Below are positions 37,851 through 51,001 of a stretch of DNA of 64,000 bases, one piece after another (position 1 is the stretch's first letter; each line of letters begins with the position of its first letter). Origin of the DNA: Tubiluchus corallicola (taxonomy: Eukaryota > Animalia > Priapulida); the NCBI GenBank assembly GCA_030141605.1, contig JAQGDQ010000446.1:62001-126000 (forward strand). Direction: 5' to 3'. The position numbers and the translations under genes were made by a program. The notes below the pieces were generated by a model. The model did not search any database. It had not been told where the DNA came from and worked only from the letters and a program-made list of their open reading frames with translations.

Positions 37851-37958
37851 GTGTTTGGCGTATTTATTACCTACCTTGTGCTACTGACACAATTCAAGCC
37901 AAACATATTGGAGGTCAAGCAGACACTGACCAGTAACACTACTTACCCAGACTTTTGA
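37851..37958 (+). CDS. Gr-like gene 4, exon 3 (VFGVFITYLVLLTQFKPNILEVKQTLTSNTTYPDF*)
   Basis: CTTGCAG acceptor, TYLVLLTQF motif, TGA stop. Confidence 0.9.
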   Translation: MFGVFITYLVLLTQFKPNILEVKQTLTSNTTYPDF

Positions 37959-39517
37959 AATGAGTATAAAGGCAACAAAAACTCATATAACAGTATAACT
38001 GCCCATACAAGGCTCTCTGCGAAGCAACGCTGCACTTAGATGATTCAAAATTTCGAGACTATTTTTTTTAACTTTACGTAATAATTCTACTTCCTTATCC
38101 TTTAACAAGTCAACAGCCAACACTCCTTCTTCTATTTAATATGCTTTAAACGTTTTTGCTTCGCATTTGATGTCAACAATTAACAATTTATTTATCAGTG
38201 CAAATGATCTATTATGACATCACATCTACGTATTCAAATTATTATATTTAATAGTACAGCCGAGCATAATGTTTGCAATAAAAGACAAAAGAACAACACC
38301 ACAAAATTTTGCATGTAGCCTGTTATTAATATAGTATATATATATATAAGCAGAAATATGTTCTCTGCCCAGAAGCAAAAGTTCTCTGCTAGGCTCTGCA
38401 TAAGTGCAAAATAAAAGTTCTGCATTAATATGATGATTGTAAATAATATTCATAAATTTGACAGAACATTATAGCCTTTTTAGGGCTAGTTTCAATTAAA
38501 GGAAAGGACAAGGAATTTTAAAGTACATCCCAAAAAACTTTCCATCCAGAAAATCTTACACGAGTAACTTTCCAAAAGAGGGAGGCGGCTATTTTAGTGG
38601 AGCAATCAATGATTTTTTCTGGTGTGCGCTTGTGTAGGCCATAAGAAGCTGAATTAAAGATTGTTGAAATGTAGTTTCATTGAACTGTAAATTTCGGTAA
38701 TTTAAAATTCATCTTAAACTAATAATTTACGTAGTTATCGCCTCCATAACGATGCAATCAGCTGAAAGGTAATTGAGTGAGTGAGGAAGCAAGATGCTCT
38801 TTCTAGAGAAAAAACTTAAGGCTTGGACTGGCGTTCTCCGAAACCAGACAAGCTAAACATCAAACCTGTCATATAGAACTGCTGAAGGAATTGCCAGGAA
38901 GGTACTGCAGTAAATAAGAGTTGTATTAAATTGTGTTAAACGTGTTAAATTGTGCTAAACAATAATCTGATTAAATGCTTGGCAAGAGGCCAAGTACGTG
39001 ACCAGCTGAGCTTTGATCGACTGACTGACTCGTGCTGGACAATGCCCTTATGCGCAGAAGCTTACGGCGCATTAGAGGGTTAGTCAAAAGGCGTTGTGAT
39101 GCCCCGCATCTCAGAACAGAGTTTAAGAACTGGCTAGGTGCGAGGGAGCTGGCATTACTATTCTATGATTATGATATTTACTGTAATGTGTTTAATGTTT
39201 AATAAATGTGTTGCTCCTTAACTCGAGTCTTCATAGTTTTGCCATGCCCGTCGTGGCTACTCACACGCCACGATATAAACAACAGCAGCTTTAACAACAA
39301 AATAAACAAACAACAACAGAATGATTTTACTCCTGCTGCACATAAATTATATAGGCTAATACATATTCTTCTTCTAATGGGCGTGTTCATTTGAGCATTT
39401 TTGTGTGAAATCGTGTTTCCGTGCATTTGATTTCACATCACATTGACAGTGGTTTGAAAAAAAATTCTAAATGACGGGGAAATTATATATTTCTATTTGC
39501 AATTGCGTAAAACTAAT

Positions 39518-40324
39518 AAGTCTTTTCACAGTTTTGCTATGCGCACGCGCAGTTCTTGCAGGTCAAAGGTTAAGTGAACTCAGCGCGTTTTGGTTAACTA
39601 CAATCGTCACGTGACCTTATGTAGGTGAAATGGATGAAACATGTGGTTATTTTTATTTGTATGGGCCTACTACACGTGTTTACTTTAGGCTAGCTTGTTA
39701 TTCTTATCCGAATACAAGCTAAATAGTTAGCAAAATATCAGTAGCAATCCACACAAAACGAAATAACTGAAGTATTAACGCCAGTGTGAACCTGACTCAA
39801 TAAATTTTAATTTTGTAGCCAAGGTGGCTCCGTTTTTCATTTATGCTGTGAACATGTGAGTAAACATGTGTCTTGTACAAGCTAGTGAAATTTTCATTTA
39901 GATATATGCCGCAACGATGTAAGTTTAGTTCTATTAATATTTATTTTGATTTATTCACTGATATTTATGAATGGACTAAACTATGTAACAATCTAACTAA
40001 ATTAGCCAATGTCAGTCACCTTTGCCTTTTTATTTATTTTTTCCTTTTTTTTAAATATTGCAGAATTAAAGATCAGTGGTTTATATGAAAATTCAACTGA
40101 GACTTTTGAAGTTGTCATAAATGCCTCTCAGAGACACTATCATGAAGCAAGAATTAACACCAAGAACAGTTACTGTTACTTTTACAATTATACGCGTAGC
40201 ATGAGCCGCGAGGCGTTGTCAAGTGTAAACAAATGCGTTGTTTGGTTCAGATAACGTTGTTAGGGTCACTTAACCTTTGACCTTTTCACCATCATCATCA
40301 ATCGCTAGAACTGTGAAAAGGCTT
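39518..40324. mobile_element. Non-autonomous DNA transposon (ISL2EU/Harbinger-like)
   Basis: TIR AAGxCTTTTCACAGTT flanked by AT. Related copy at 44505-44891. Confidence 0.7.
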
Positions 40325-40413
40325 ATTAACGCCCCTGTCCTTGCAATAACATCAGTTTTAAAAATTCGCTGATCTATACTGCACTTGTATGTCTTGCAAG
40401 CTAATAAATTATG

Positions 40414-40849
40414 AGTAAAATTATTAGGTTGGTTGTATAGTGGTAGTACGTGTGTGAGCGATGTGTGTAGTTGTTTATGAACGTTTGAGTAATGGCAAAG
40501 CTATAAGACTTGGATTAGGAAGTAACACTTTTATTAAGTAACATCACAATATAATAAATGTATAGCAATGCCAAAAACCCCTGATCTATGAGACGTCCTG
40601 GTCATGAGTGACTAGTCTAATCCCAGTCCTGCGGCGGGTTCGTTTCACGGCATCCATGCCAGTTGCGTGCGCAGTCTGACAAATGGGCAGTCACGTGACA
40701 CGGCGCCTTAATTTCCTTATTTGGGCGTCTGACAAATGGGCAGTCACGTGGTACTGCACCTTAATTTCCTTATTTGGGTTTGGCTTCATGAATACTCTGC
40801 TTAGCATAATTATCTGACATTTAACATATTTTAACAGATTTTCTTTACT
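40414..40849 (-). mobile_element. Solo LTR-like element, family B
   Basis: AGTAAA...TTTACT termini, 5-bp TSD TTATG. Confidence 0.75.
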
Positions 40850-41950
40850 TTATGTAACCAGTGACAGCGCGTGCAATAATAGAAAACTACACATTCAACA
40901 TAGATGATGTTTTATGCTGTCATTATTAACAAACTAATGGTAAATAAAAGCGAACACACATTGCATGTTGAACTTTTTTGCACTTAAAATAGATTGTGTG
41001 CATTGCAAATAAGCGTAATATCATCTGAGTAAATATTAGCAAACATAATGAGACACAACAAAATGACGCTATGTTTCAGTTGTTGAAGCAATACACTTTA
41101 ATATTCTTTTTGCACTTTCATTATAAAGTTGGAAATTCATGAAGTTTTTCAATATAAGTCTTTCTAGTCAAAATTGTAACCAGGCTAATGTATTCTCAGC
41201 TACTAAAGGTAGCCGAATTAAACATACATATAAAACAGATACATATAATGCAATCAATATATACATATACACTGTACATATATATATATATGTTTGGGCT
41301 TTCAAAACCAAATTTGAAGCTCGATTAAATTTTGCTCTTTCTCTGCTCCTTATTTGCGAAAACATATCATTCCATCTAAACATAAGAAAGTAGTGCCAAA
41401 AATAGCAAAAAATAATAATAGCCAAAAGTCAATTTTACATAATTAAGAGTTGTACACTGCACTGTCATATTAATTAATGCCTAGCTGTTATTTTAAACTA
41501 AATTTAAGTTTTTTAAAGTAATTATGAGGATATACACACGTTATTAGCCCCAAATCATGAGCAATTGTAAACAGATAACGACAATATCTTATAACTGTAA
41601 CATAATGTACCCCCCCCAACCCGATGTATTGTGTTTTGCAATGTACAACCTTGCAACTATAATGATGTAATTCGATAATAAATGTGCGCTTTTTGAAATA
41701 AACAACGTTGAATCTCGAAAACCTCAGTAGCACAAAACTAACTGTTAAAATACTGGTTCTCTGTTGATACTTTTATAATTATTAAAAGATAAGTAGGCCT
41801 TACACATGATCAAATTTTTGTTCAGTTGTCACATTGAAAAAACGTATCGTTTTCTTAACTCTAGTATTGGAAAACGAGATTTTACAAACGGTCATTTCAA
41901 GGAACAAGCAATATACTTTTAGCCACCAGAGATAATCTGGTTGATGTTAA

Positions 41951-42399
41951 CCCTTTCATACCCGTTGTATTCCGTGGGATACGCGAATATTTTCTGCCTT
42001 TAAAATTAATAAAATTTTAAAACTGACAATTATTTGATCTGTTAACAGTTATTTTGATTTAAGCCAATACCAATAGACTAAAAATGGTGATAAAATGGCA
42101 AACTAGAAAATCTACATAGCATAAAAAACTGTGCAAGGTACAGTACTTTAGAGAAGACTTTGTACAGATCTGCATAGCATGCATACTAAATGTCTTAAAA
42201 TTTATCAGCAGTTGCAAAATGAAGCCGATTTTATGCTTCCATTGAATCCCAATGTATCCCGTGGGATACAGGCTATATTTAGCACACGGGTACAGGTAGA
42301 AGAAAAATAATTAATATGTGTAAACAAGATGGACATACTGAACAAAAGTACCAAGCCAAATTTTTTTTCTTATTAAAAAATAATTTGGGACTGAAAGGG
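41951..42399. mobile_element. piggyBac-type MITE, copy 2
   Basis: Same termini, TTAA TSD and body. Confidence 0.88.
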
Positions 42400-42794
42400 T
42401 TAAAACTGAGTTTGAAAATGGGATGTGTATTTTTGTACTGAAACAACGTAATAGTATATAAATTTGTACGTAAATATTAAACTAACAACTCTCTATATTA
42501 AGTTATTGGATATGACTAAAGCATTCGATTGGATTAGGCTTTTACGCACACTGTAAGAATTTATGGCATACAAATCAAAAAAATTAATCATTAACATAAT
42601 TTTTAAAGGTCAAACCTCTAATTCCATTAAGGACGTAATGGTATGAAATATGGTGATTTTTTTTCTGCACATTTCATTCAGTTGTTTCATAAATAATCAA
42701 CTCATTAGGCACAAAAGTGCAAATTTTCTACCCACGCTTACTATATCATAAGTTTTGTATCTTTCCTATTTTCGTACCCACATTTGTAGGACTA

Positions 42795-43300
42795 CCAACG
42801 TGAAACGAACTGAACCAGAGCAAACAAAACCAATCTAACCAAATCAGTCAAATCCAGCTCAACATACACAGCACCCCACTCGACACAAAGCCAAAAGAAA
42901 TAAACACAAACCATACCAAAATACCATGGCAAACCAAGCCAAACGGAACCTAACCAAACACAAAGCCAAGTATAAGAAGAGCCGAACCAAAATATATAAA
43001 AAACAAACAAAACAAAACGCACATCCCAAATTAAACCAACATAGACTAACAAGCCAAACCAAACCAAGGCAATTTGAAGCTTAACAAGGTTCGTTAAACT
43101 TGAAACTACCAATGTTGGTGTTAAGCTAAAACGAAAACGAAAAACAAGGTTTGAGATTCTATATGCTAACTAAAGTATAACATGTTACCGCGTCACTTCA
43201 TGCAAAATCACACCACACCACAACAAACGAGTCAAACTAAACCAAAACTAAGTATAGCAAACCAGCCACGTCAATTCGTATCGTCAAGCACCTTAAGTAA
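42795..43300. repeat. Degenerate (AAACC)-like low-complexity tract
   Basis: A/C-rich pentamer-like periodicity. Confidence 0.6.
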
Positions 43301-43557
43301 ACTAAGAAATTCAGTAATAATAAATAACTATTTGAAAATATCAATTTGTACGTGAGAAGAATAAGATAAGAACCACAATATTCGTGCGAGATATTGCATG
43401 CATCTACTTATGCTTTGTTTTTTGTTTGGTTGACTATATAAACTAGAAATTTTGCACTACTTGTGCTTAACTGTTGTACTTGTTTCTTTCTCCCTGCAAA
43501 TTACACATTAAAAATAAATTAGGCTGTAAATCAAGCGTGCAAAAAATAGGTCTAGCC

Positions 43558-43974
43558 CAGGGGTGCGCGGCCCGGGCAATTAATTGAGTGTATCCAGCTG
43601 AAGTCCGTGCCACGAGCCCAAAGATAGTGCGGGTAGTTTTTTTACTAGATCGGATGCCATTAACCCTTACAAGACGGTTGTAGCTTAACAACACTGTACT
43701 ACACAGACTGTGTGATACACATTACTAACATGCATTGTAATGAAATTATTACTATCTGTTCTGAAAGTAGAAATATATGGTTTGTAATATAAATTTTAAT
43801 AACTTCTAAAATAGTTTCTTGAGTGTAGTACTAATGATGTACGCAGGTCGGATGAAAAAAAAATCGTTATTAGGCCTTTCTGTACTTGGCTCCTTGATCA
43901 AACTGCCTGTGGCCCGCAGGAATTGTGGGACAGTTTAATGTGGCCCAGCTAGTCAGATAATTTGCACACCCCTG
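43558..43974. mobile_element. hAT-type MITE, family 2
   Basis: CAGGGGTG...CACCCCTG termini, 8-bp TSD GTCTAGCC. Confidence 0.88.
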
Positions 43975-44010
43975 GTCTAGCCGCAGTAGCTTGTGCTACA
44001 CAATTGAAGG

Positions 44011-44437
44011 TTACATTTTAGGACACGTGAGTTCTGCAGTTTTCTTCACCACCTCTCCATGCAACGTTCCATGGTTGACATCACACCAAGCGAACACGTT
44101 TCCACCACTTGCATAACAGTCAACATACAAGTTACCGATTTCTTCAGCTGTTAGTTGATAATCGTAGAAGTTCATGCCTGTTAGTGAACCCACATAAGCT
44201 TCATCAGCGTCAAGACTCTCATCCGGATACGAATCGGCATCTTGTCCAACTAGTAACATTCCATGAGGGGCAATTTCTTCGCCAACCGTATCATCATTCG
44301 TCCCAGTAAACTTTAGATTTCCGTCCATGTAAAGCTTATGACCATCAGCTTTCTTGTTCGACCAGAGAAGACACAAGTGGTGCCATTCATCAACGAATAA
44401 AGGCATATTGTAATCCAAGTATATGTACTCCGATTCC
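44011..44437 (-). CDS. EGF-pentraxin gene, pentraxin domain 2, C-terminal half (terminal exon)
   Basis: WHHLCLLWS, LLVGQDAD, YVGSLTGMNFYDYQLT, GNVFAW. TTTTACAG acceptor, TAA stop. Confidence 0.9.
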
Positions 44438-44504
44438 CTGTAAAATCAAATTGTAGTACTTTGCTCTATAATCAGAGATAATTGAGATAATTTTAGCTCT
44501 TAAT

Positions 44505-44891
44505 AAGCCTTTTCCCCGTTTCGTTGTGCGCACGCGCAGTTGCGCTAGGTCAAACGTTAAGTGTACCACAGCAGTGCGTCTTAACTACAACCGTCACGTG
44601 ACGTGTGGGTAAAGCAAAGCCGTCTGCCGCATCAGTGCAGTAACCAGTTTTTTTACATTGACATTACGTAATTATTCATTAGTCGGTGCACAGTGTGATT
44701 TATTAGCAGGATATTTCGTGAAAACAACAAAAAATGAACTAGGTAGGGTCCTAGCTAGTTGTTAAAACTGTTACTATATCAAGAGAATGGGTTGCGAAGC
44801 ATTGTCAAGTATACACAAATGCTTTGTCTGGTATACTTAACCTTTGACCTTTTCACGATCATCATCAATCGTTAAAACTGTGAAAAAGCTT
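44505..44891. mobile_element. Shorter copy of the same TIR element
   Basis: AAGCCTTTTCCCCGTT...AACTGTGAAAAAGCTT, with shared subterminal GGTCAAAxGTTAAGT inverted motifs. Confidence 0.7.
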
Positions 44892-45334
44892 ATCTATTGA
44901 TTGTTATAAAAGCTAATGAGTTTTATTTATATAACACTGTGAACAGGATAGGTACTTAGTGCAATAAGTTGATCGCGCGTGTACCATTCACGAAGCTGTA
45001 TTAATTTAGCGGTGCGTCTAGTGATGGAACTTTCGTTTTAGTTCCTCTAGTCGATTTTTTCGGAAATAAAAATTTAGTAAGTTTGCATGTAGCCACAATG
45101 TCTAATTTTAATCTTAGCCTTTTTTACATGTTTGTGATTGCAAAATCTCTTTGTCAGTTCAATCGTTTTGTTCATTTGAATGCTGTAATTAAGTATGAAT
45201 CAACTGAATCAGATATTATGTTTGCATTTTGTGTACAAACATAGGCCTATTTTAAGGTATAATTTCTTAGTGCATTATACTTTAATCATGACTTTAATTT
45301 TTTGCTAATTTAACTATTTTGTATTTTGCCACTA

Positions 45335-45923
45335 ACTACGGCCAAATCAGGTTGAAAACACCGGTTCTCGCTTGATCACCAAAGTTAACCAACGTAGAGC
45401 CTGGTTAGTGCTTGGATGGATGACCGCCTGGGAATACCAGGTGCTGTAGGCTTGAGGGATGCCCACACTGTATCTCGACACTAGGTGGAGGAGCTGTACA
45501 AGCAGCCAACGGCTAGAGGGCGGAGGAGGTCAAGTGACCCAACGGCCATGTGTAGAGGAGTAAACCTTCCAAATCAGGAGTGGAGCCCCGAAGGCAGACC
45601 AGTGCAGCATGCTCACTGACTCCGGCAGCTCCTGCAGCCATGTGTAGAGGAGTAAAGCTTCCAAATCAGGAGTGGAGCCCCGAAGGCGGACCAGTGCAGC
45701 ATGCTCACTGACTCTGGCAGCTCCTGCAGCCAACCTGGTGCCAAACGTATCGCTCCGCTTTCTTTTGGACTACACCAACGAGAAAGAGAGGGGGTTCCTG
45801 TTGTCTGGGCAACTCAGGATCTCCATACACTGACCAGGCGTGCGCCCAGGAGACATTCAAGGATCGGACTCTCTTGGTGCACATTCCATTGTCTTCCGAG
45901 ACAGAAGGATGCCAACAACAACA
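45335..45923 (+). mobile_element. 5S rRNA-derived SINE, second copy
   Basis: Same head, body and tail, with an (AAC)n end. TSD ATTTTGCCAYTA (45323-45334, 45924-45935) and an internal duplication of about 92 bp. Confidence 0.85.
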
Positions 45924-46080
45924 ATTTTGCCATTACACATTAATTACCAGTAGATGTTGTTTGTTGCAGAAATTGTTGAAAATTTCACTTTTTCATTACT
46001 ATCTGTGCAGTTGTGCAACTGTAAACTCGCGCAACTTCAAACAAAATTTAAAAGCTTTACTTTCTCGAATTTTCAAATAA

Positions 46081-47198
46081 ATATTTGCATGATTATCATG
46101 ATTACTCTGACAAACTTTGGCTGATACAATCATGTTGCGCAAGTTTGGTGAAGTAGGTGTGAGACCGAGAGTGCTCTTAAGTATTTGCATGATTATCATG
46201 ATTACTCTGACAAACTTTGGCTTATACAATCATGTTGCTGCAAGTTTGGTGAAGTAGGTGTGAGACCGAGAGTGCTCTTACGTATTTGCATGATTATCAT
46301 GATTACTCTGACAAACTTTGGCTTATACAATCATGTTGCTGCAAGTTTGGTGAAGTAGGTGTGAGACCGAGAGTGCTCTTACGTATTTGCATGATTATCA
46401 TGATTACTCTGACAAACTTTGGCTTATACAATCATGTTGCTGCAAGTTTGGTGAAGTAGGTGTGAGACCGAGAGTGCTCTTACGTATTTGCATGATTATC
46501 ATGATTACTCTGACAAACTTTGGCTTATACAATCATGTTGCTGCAAGTTTGGTGAAGTAGGTGTGAGACCGAGAGTGCTCTTACGTATTTGCATGATTAT
46601 CATGATTACTCTGACAAACTTTGGCTTATACAATCATGTTGCTGCAAGTTTGGTGAAGTAGGTGTGAGACCGAGAGTGCTCTTACGTATTTGCATGATTA
46701 TCATGATTACTCTGACAAACTTTGGCTGATACAATCATGTTGCTGCAAGTTTGGTGAAGTAGGTGTGAGACCGAGAGTGCTCTTACGTATTTGCATGATT
46801 ATCATGATTACTCTGACAAACTTTGGCTGATACAATCATGTTGCGCAAGTTTGGTGAAGTAGGTGTGAGACCGAGAGTGCTCTTACGTATTTGCATGATT
46901 ATCATGATTACTCTGACAAACTTTGGCTGATACAATCATGTTGCGCAAGTTTGGTGAAGTAGGTGTGAGACCGAGAGTGCTCTTACATATTTGCATGATT
47001 ATCATGATTACTCTGACAAACTTTGGCTGATACAATCATGTTGCTGCAAGTTTGGTGAAGTAGGTGTGAGACCGAGAGTGCTCTTATGTATTTGCATGAT
47101 TATCATGATTACTCTGACAAACTTTGGCTTATACAATCATGTTGCTGCAAGTTTGGTGAAGTAGGTGTGAGACCGAGAGTGCTCTTACGTATTTGCAG
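46081..47198. repeat. 100-101-bp tandem repeat, 11 copies, in the last intron of the EGF-pentraxin gene
   Basis: Near-identical units starting GTATTTGCATGATTATCATGATTACTCTG. Confidence 0.97.
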
Positions 47199-48007
47199 GC
47201 ATTTGTTAAAGAAAAACCAGGCCCAAACTTCAGGTCAAACCAGTCTACTCTTTAAAATATTGAAAGGGAACATACAATTTCTTAAAGAATGACCTACGTG
47301 AACGAATTATTACAATGCAAAAGTAATTTCGTGTTCCCGCGGCTGGTTCTTCGCTGTTACAGTCATTTCGCCGTTCAAAAATGACACGTGAAAGAATTAT
47401 TACCACCCAAACACAATTTCACGTTCGCGCCACTAGTTCTTCGCTGTTACACGCATTTCGTCATTTGCTAGTTAGATGGGCAATAACACCTGCACTTCGG
47501 AAACGCATTGTATGAAAAACAGGTGCTGTACCTTTCAGTTCAGAGGTGTACGTTTCTGACGTAGTACACACGTTCATGCGTCAAAACAAGGATAAATTTA
47601 AAATTTCAATTTTTATCTTAAAATTTGCCAAGTTTTTGTATGTTACACTGAATGCTGTACCAGTAGAACTGTACTTCAATTTTCCCTGTCGGAAACACGT
47701 TCAACCAGTTCATGGAATCCTTGTACTGTTGAAAATTATGTTCGTTTGTGACATCATCACTAGCTGGGCTCAATCAATCGTTAACTAAGTTTTTAACCTA
47801 TTATCTAATTATCACAAAATGGTACGGCAATATTACTTGTATCAATGTAAATGTATACATTTTACCATACTTCTAAATGGGTTAGGATATGAAAAATCGT
47901 CCTGTTTTGTTTTTGCAGCCGTAATAACACCCACCAGCAAACCATTTTTAAATGAAAACCTTGGCCTTACGATCCGAACAGACGATCACACAAATTTAAT
48001 AATCATC

Positions 48008-48415
48008 TGCGGAAGTTGGAATTGTACATTTTAATTAGGTGCTGCCATCTATGGGCTAATCCTGTTACATTCTACCAGCTGACTTACCCCCAATATAATT
48101 GTATGGTCCAGTGAATGCATATTTACTGGTTCTCTCCCTATTTTAAAGTAATGGTTGTTGTGAAGCCTGTGCAAGTCTGCATAGGTCACCTATAACTATA
48201 TATACTGACTGGTATTGCTTTCTAGTCACTCTCTCACTCTCAGTGTTCAGTGCAGCAGTCATGCTACTCATGTGTCTTTAATTTTAATAAACACTTTTCT
48301 GTTGTGTGCAGTGCAAATATGTATTATAGATTTTTGGTTCCTATTCATACTTCTCTGTGTCTAAACTCAATCATAACACAGTGAGTGATCAACAACTTCA
48401 AACATGACTTTCACA
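48008..48415 (+). mobile_element. Solo LTR-like element, family A
   Basis: TG...CA termini, TATA-like element near 48197 and AATAAA near 48286, 6-bp flanking duplication ATCATC. Confidence 0.8.
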
Positions 48416-48426
48416 ATCATCCATAC

Positions 48427-48658
48427 CCATTTATCAAAAACTTCAACTTGTCATTATCATCGGGGTACAGCCACAGAGAGATCGCAGCCGATTCGTCAGG
48501 AGTCCCATAAGAAAAGTAAGACTGCTTGTAACTGCTTTGATGGCTTTGTTTCAACCACGTGCAAATTGTAAATTCGGTTATGGCCGCAGGAGCATTAATT
48601 GCTGTAGAAAAGTAGTCCGTGGTACCACTCTCCAAAAAGTCGAGTTCAAATGAGCAGC
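48427..48658 (-). CDS. EGF-pentraxin gene, pentraxin domain 2, N-terminal half
   Basis: CSFELDFLESGTTDY...ITEFTICTWLK...YFSYGT. TTCTGCAG acceptor, GTATGG donor, phase 1-2. Confidence 0.88.
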
Positions 48659-48835
48659 CTGCAGAAATACAATCGAGGAAACTAAATATGCGTCAACACT
48701 AACATTATTATTGAAAACTAGTGTTCCATTTTAAAATGTTCTTTTCAGCCAAACAAATTGGTTTTCTTAGCTTGAGCACTTTGACTGCTTTCTAAATTCC
48801 TCTTCACTGCAATTCAGTGATGTAACATCCTATTT

Positions 48836-49338
48836 TATAGGTTTTACACGTCAAATGTAGACACAGGAAAGTTCAAATGTGACTTAGGTAAGTCAAATGT
48901 AGACATAGGAATTTCGAATGTGTATTGGTAACTCAAATGTGACTTAGATAAGTCAAATGTAGATGCATTACTTTGAATAAATCGGTAACTAAGTTATTAA
49001 AGTGCAAATTAGAAAAAGGTAAACCAAAGATAGTGCATCTATTAGTAGGCCTATAAGGTTGTTATTTTAACTTAGAAGCGATTATTAAATTGAAATTAAA
49101 GAAGATTAAATTTAACATCCTTAAACTTTACCACCTATCCACATTTGAGATACCGTTGTCACATTTGACTTGACATGTGTCTACATTTGACTTAACAAAA
49201 GCACTTAAGATTTGTTGAAATCCATTGTTAACACATTTGAACTACCAAAGTCTACACTTGAATTACCAAGACACATTTGAATTACCTAAATCTACATTTG
49301 AGTTAACGCAGGTCTACATTTGACATGCAAAACTTATA
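48836..49338. mobile_element. Foldback-like MITE
   Basis: TIR of about 27 bp (TATAGGTTTTACACGTCAAATGTAGAC) with internal TCAAATGT subrepeats inverted between the arms. Confidence 0.7.
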
Positions 49339-49423
49339 AAACCTTATAACTATTCAATTACAGATCAACGCCAGTAACCGTGTGGACAGTCACTCACCAG
49401 TCCAGCAAATAATCAGATTTTAC

Positions 49424-49564
49424 CTGTAACTTCGATAGCGGTGCAAATAGTCCCATCTCCAGTATAACCCTGGTCGCATTTGCAAGTAAAGCTACCGTCA
49501 GTATTTTCACAGACGCCATGTTCCACATCACAGTTATGAGTACCGATTACACATTCATCATTAT
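49424..49564 (-). CDS. EGF-pentraxin gene, cbEGF exon type B between the two pentraxin domains
   Basis: Near-identical to 57483-57623, 141 nt, phase 1-1. Confidence 0.8.
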
Positions 49565-50373
49565 CTTAAAAAGCAGACAGGTAAACTAAGGTAGTATCTA
49601 CACAACCAGATCAACTGCTCAACACCTGTTGTACTGTTACCTGTGCAAGTATTGTTATTTGTAATAGTGTGATTTGTAACAAAACAGAAAAATTTACGTC
49701 AAAATTAGACTAATCGTGAGAAAATCTTTGGTAAAATTTAGGCTAATGGCANNNNNNNNNNNNNNNNNNNNNNNNNNNNNNNNNNNNNNNNNNNNNNNNN
49801 NNNNNNNNNNNNNNNNNNNNNNNNNNNNNNNNNNNNNNNNNNNNNNNNNNNNNNNNNNNNNNNNNNNNNNNNNNNNNNNNNNNNNNNNNNNNNNNNNNNN
49901 NNNNNNNNNNNNNNNNNNNNNNNNNNNNNNNNNNNNNNNNNNNNNNNNNNNNNNNNNNNNNNNNNNNNNNNNNNNNNNNNNNNNNNNNNNNNNNNNNNNN
50001 NNNNNNNNNNNNNNNNNNNNNNNNNNNNNNNNNNNNNNNNNNNNNNNNNNNNNNNNNNNNNNNNNNNNNNNNNNNNNNNNNNNNNNNNNNNCTAGCATTA
50101 TGAAAATTAATATGTCTTACACAGTTTTTCTTACAAAATCGAGTTTGATGGCAGATTGGATATATTGTACATTATTGTTACTATAAGATAACCTAGAGTA
50201 AATGGCAAATATTCTGCACAATATGCCCTAAACAGAAATTTCTGACATCAGGAAAGCCATAGAATTTTTGGTGTCGCTAGCCATTGATTCAACATTTCCA
50301 CAAATGTCCATTTAAATGAGACATCACGATAATTGATCAAAAATTAGGCTGGTGTCAAATTTGTAGGTGATAC

Positions 50374-50490
50374 CAGAACATACAGTTCCATCTCCAGAAT
50401 AACCACAGTTGCATGCACACGTAAAGCTCCCAATGTTGTTTTGACAAGTGGCAGTTAATGAATACTAACTGTGCATTCGTTTGTGTCCAT
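50374..50490 (-). pseudogene. Decayed cbEGF pseudo-exon
   Basis: DTNECTVSIH, then a stop or frameshift, then TCQNNIGSFTCACNCGYSGDGTVCS. No intact AG acceptor at the expected position. Confidence 0.7.
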
Positions 50491-50595
50491 TTATAAAAAC
50501 TAAATTTCGTCATTCGCGCCCGAACTGTATCACTACATATCACACATAATTAAACGATTTACTATTCGTAATAAAGTTTTGACTAGCTTCACATG

Positions 50596-51001
50596 AGTAA
50601 AGAGAACCTGTTAAAATATGCTATATGTCAAATAATTATGTTAAGTAGAGTATTCCTGAAGCCAAGCCAAATAAGGGAATCTTAAGGAGTGGTGTCACGT
50701 GACGACGTGGGCGAAGAGTTGACCCACTTGTCAGACTGCGCACGCAGCTGATATATAGGTCGTGACACCAGCTAGCAGGAGAGCTTGGTCACACTACACA
50801 CTTGCACGCAGGACGTCTCTTGTAGATCAGGGGCCTTGGCATTGCTATCTATGTATTATATTTATTGTGATGTTATTTAATAAATGTGTTATTTCGCAAA
50901 TAAAGTCTTGATAGCTTTGCCATTACTCAGACGTTCATAAACAGCCACACACATCGCCTACACACGTACTACCACTATACCACGGACTTAATAATTTTAC
51001 T
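50596..51001 (+). mobile_element. Solo LTR-like element, family B
   Basis: AGTAAA...TTTACT termini, TSD ACATG/ATATG, TATA-like element near 50751 and AATAAA near 50879. Confidence 0.75.

Noticed and set aside
42792-43112. Hydrophobic 106-aa ORF
   Set aside because: It is the translation of a low-complexity (GGTTT)-like tract.
36512-47198. CRISPR-like arrays (the 69-bp and 101-bp repeats)
   Set aside because: Head-to-tail units with no unique spacers, no cas genes, and a eukaryotic intron context.
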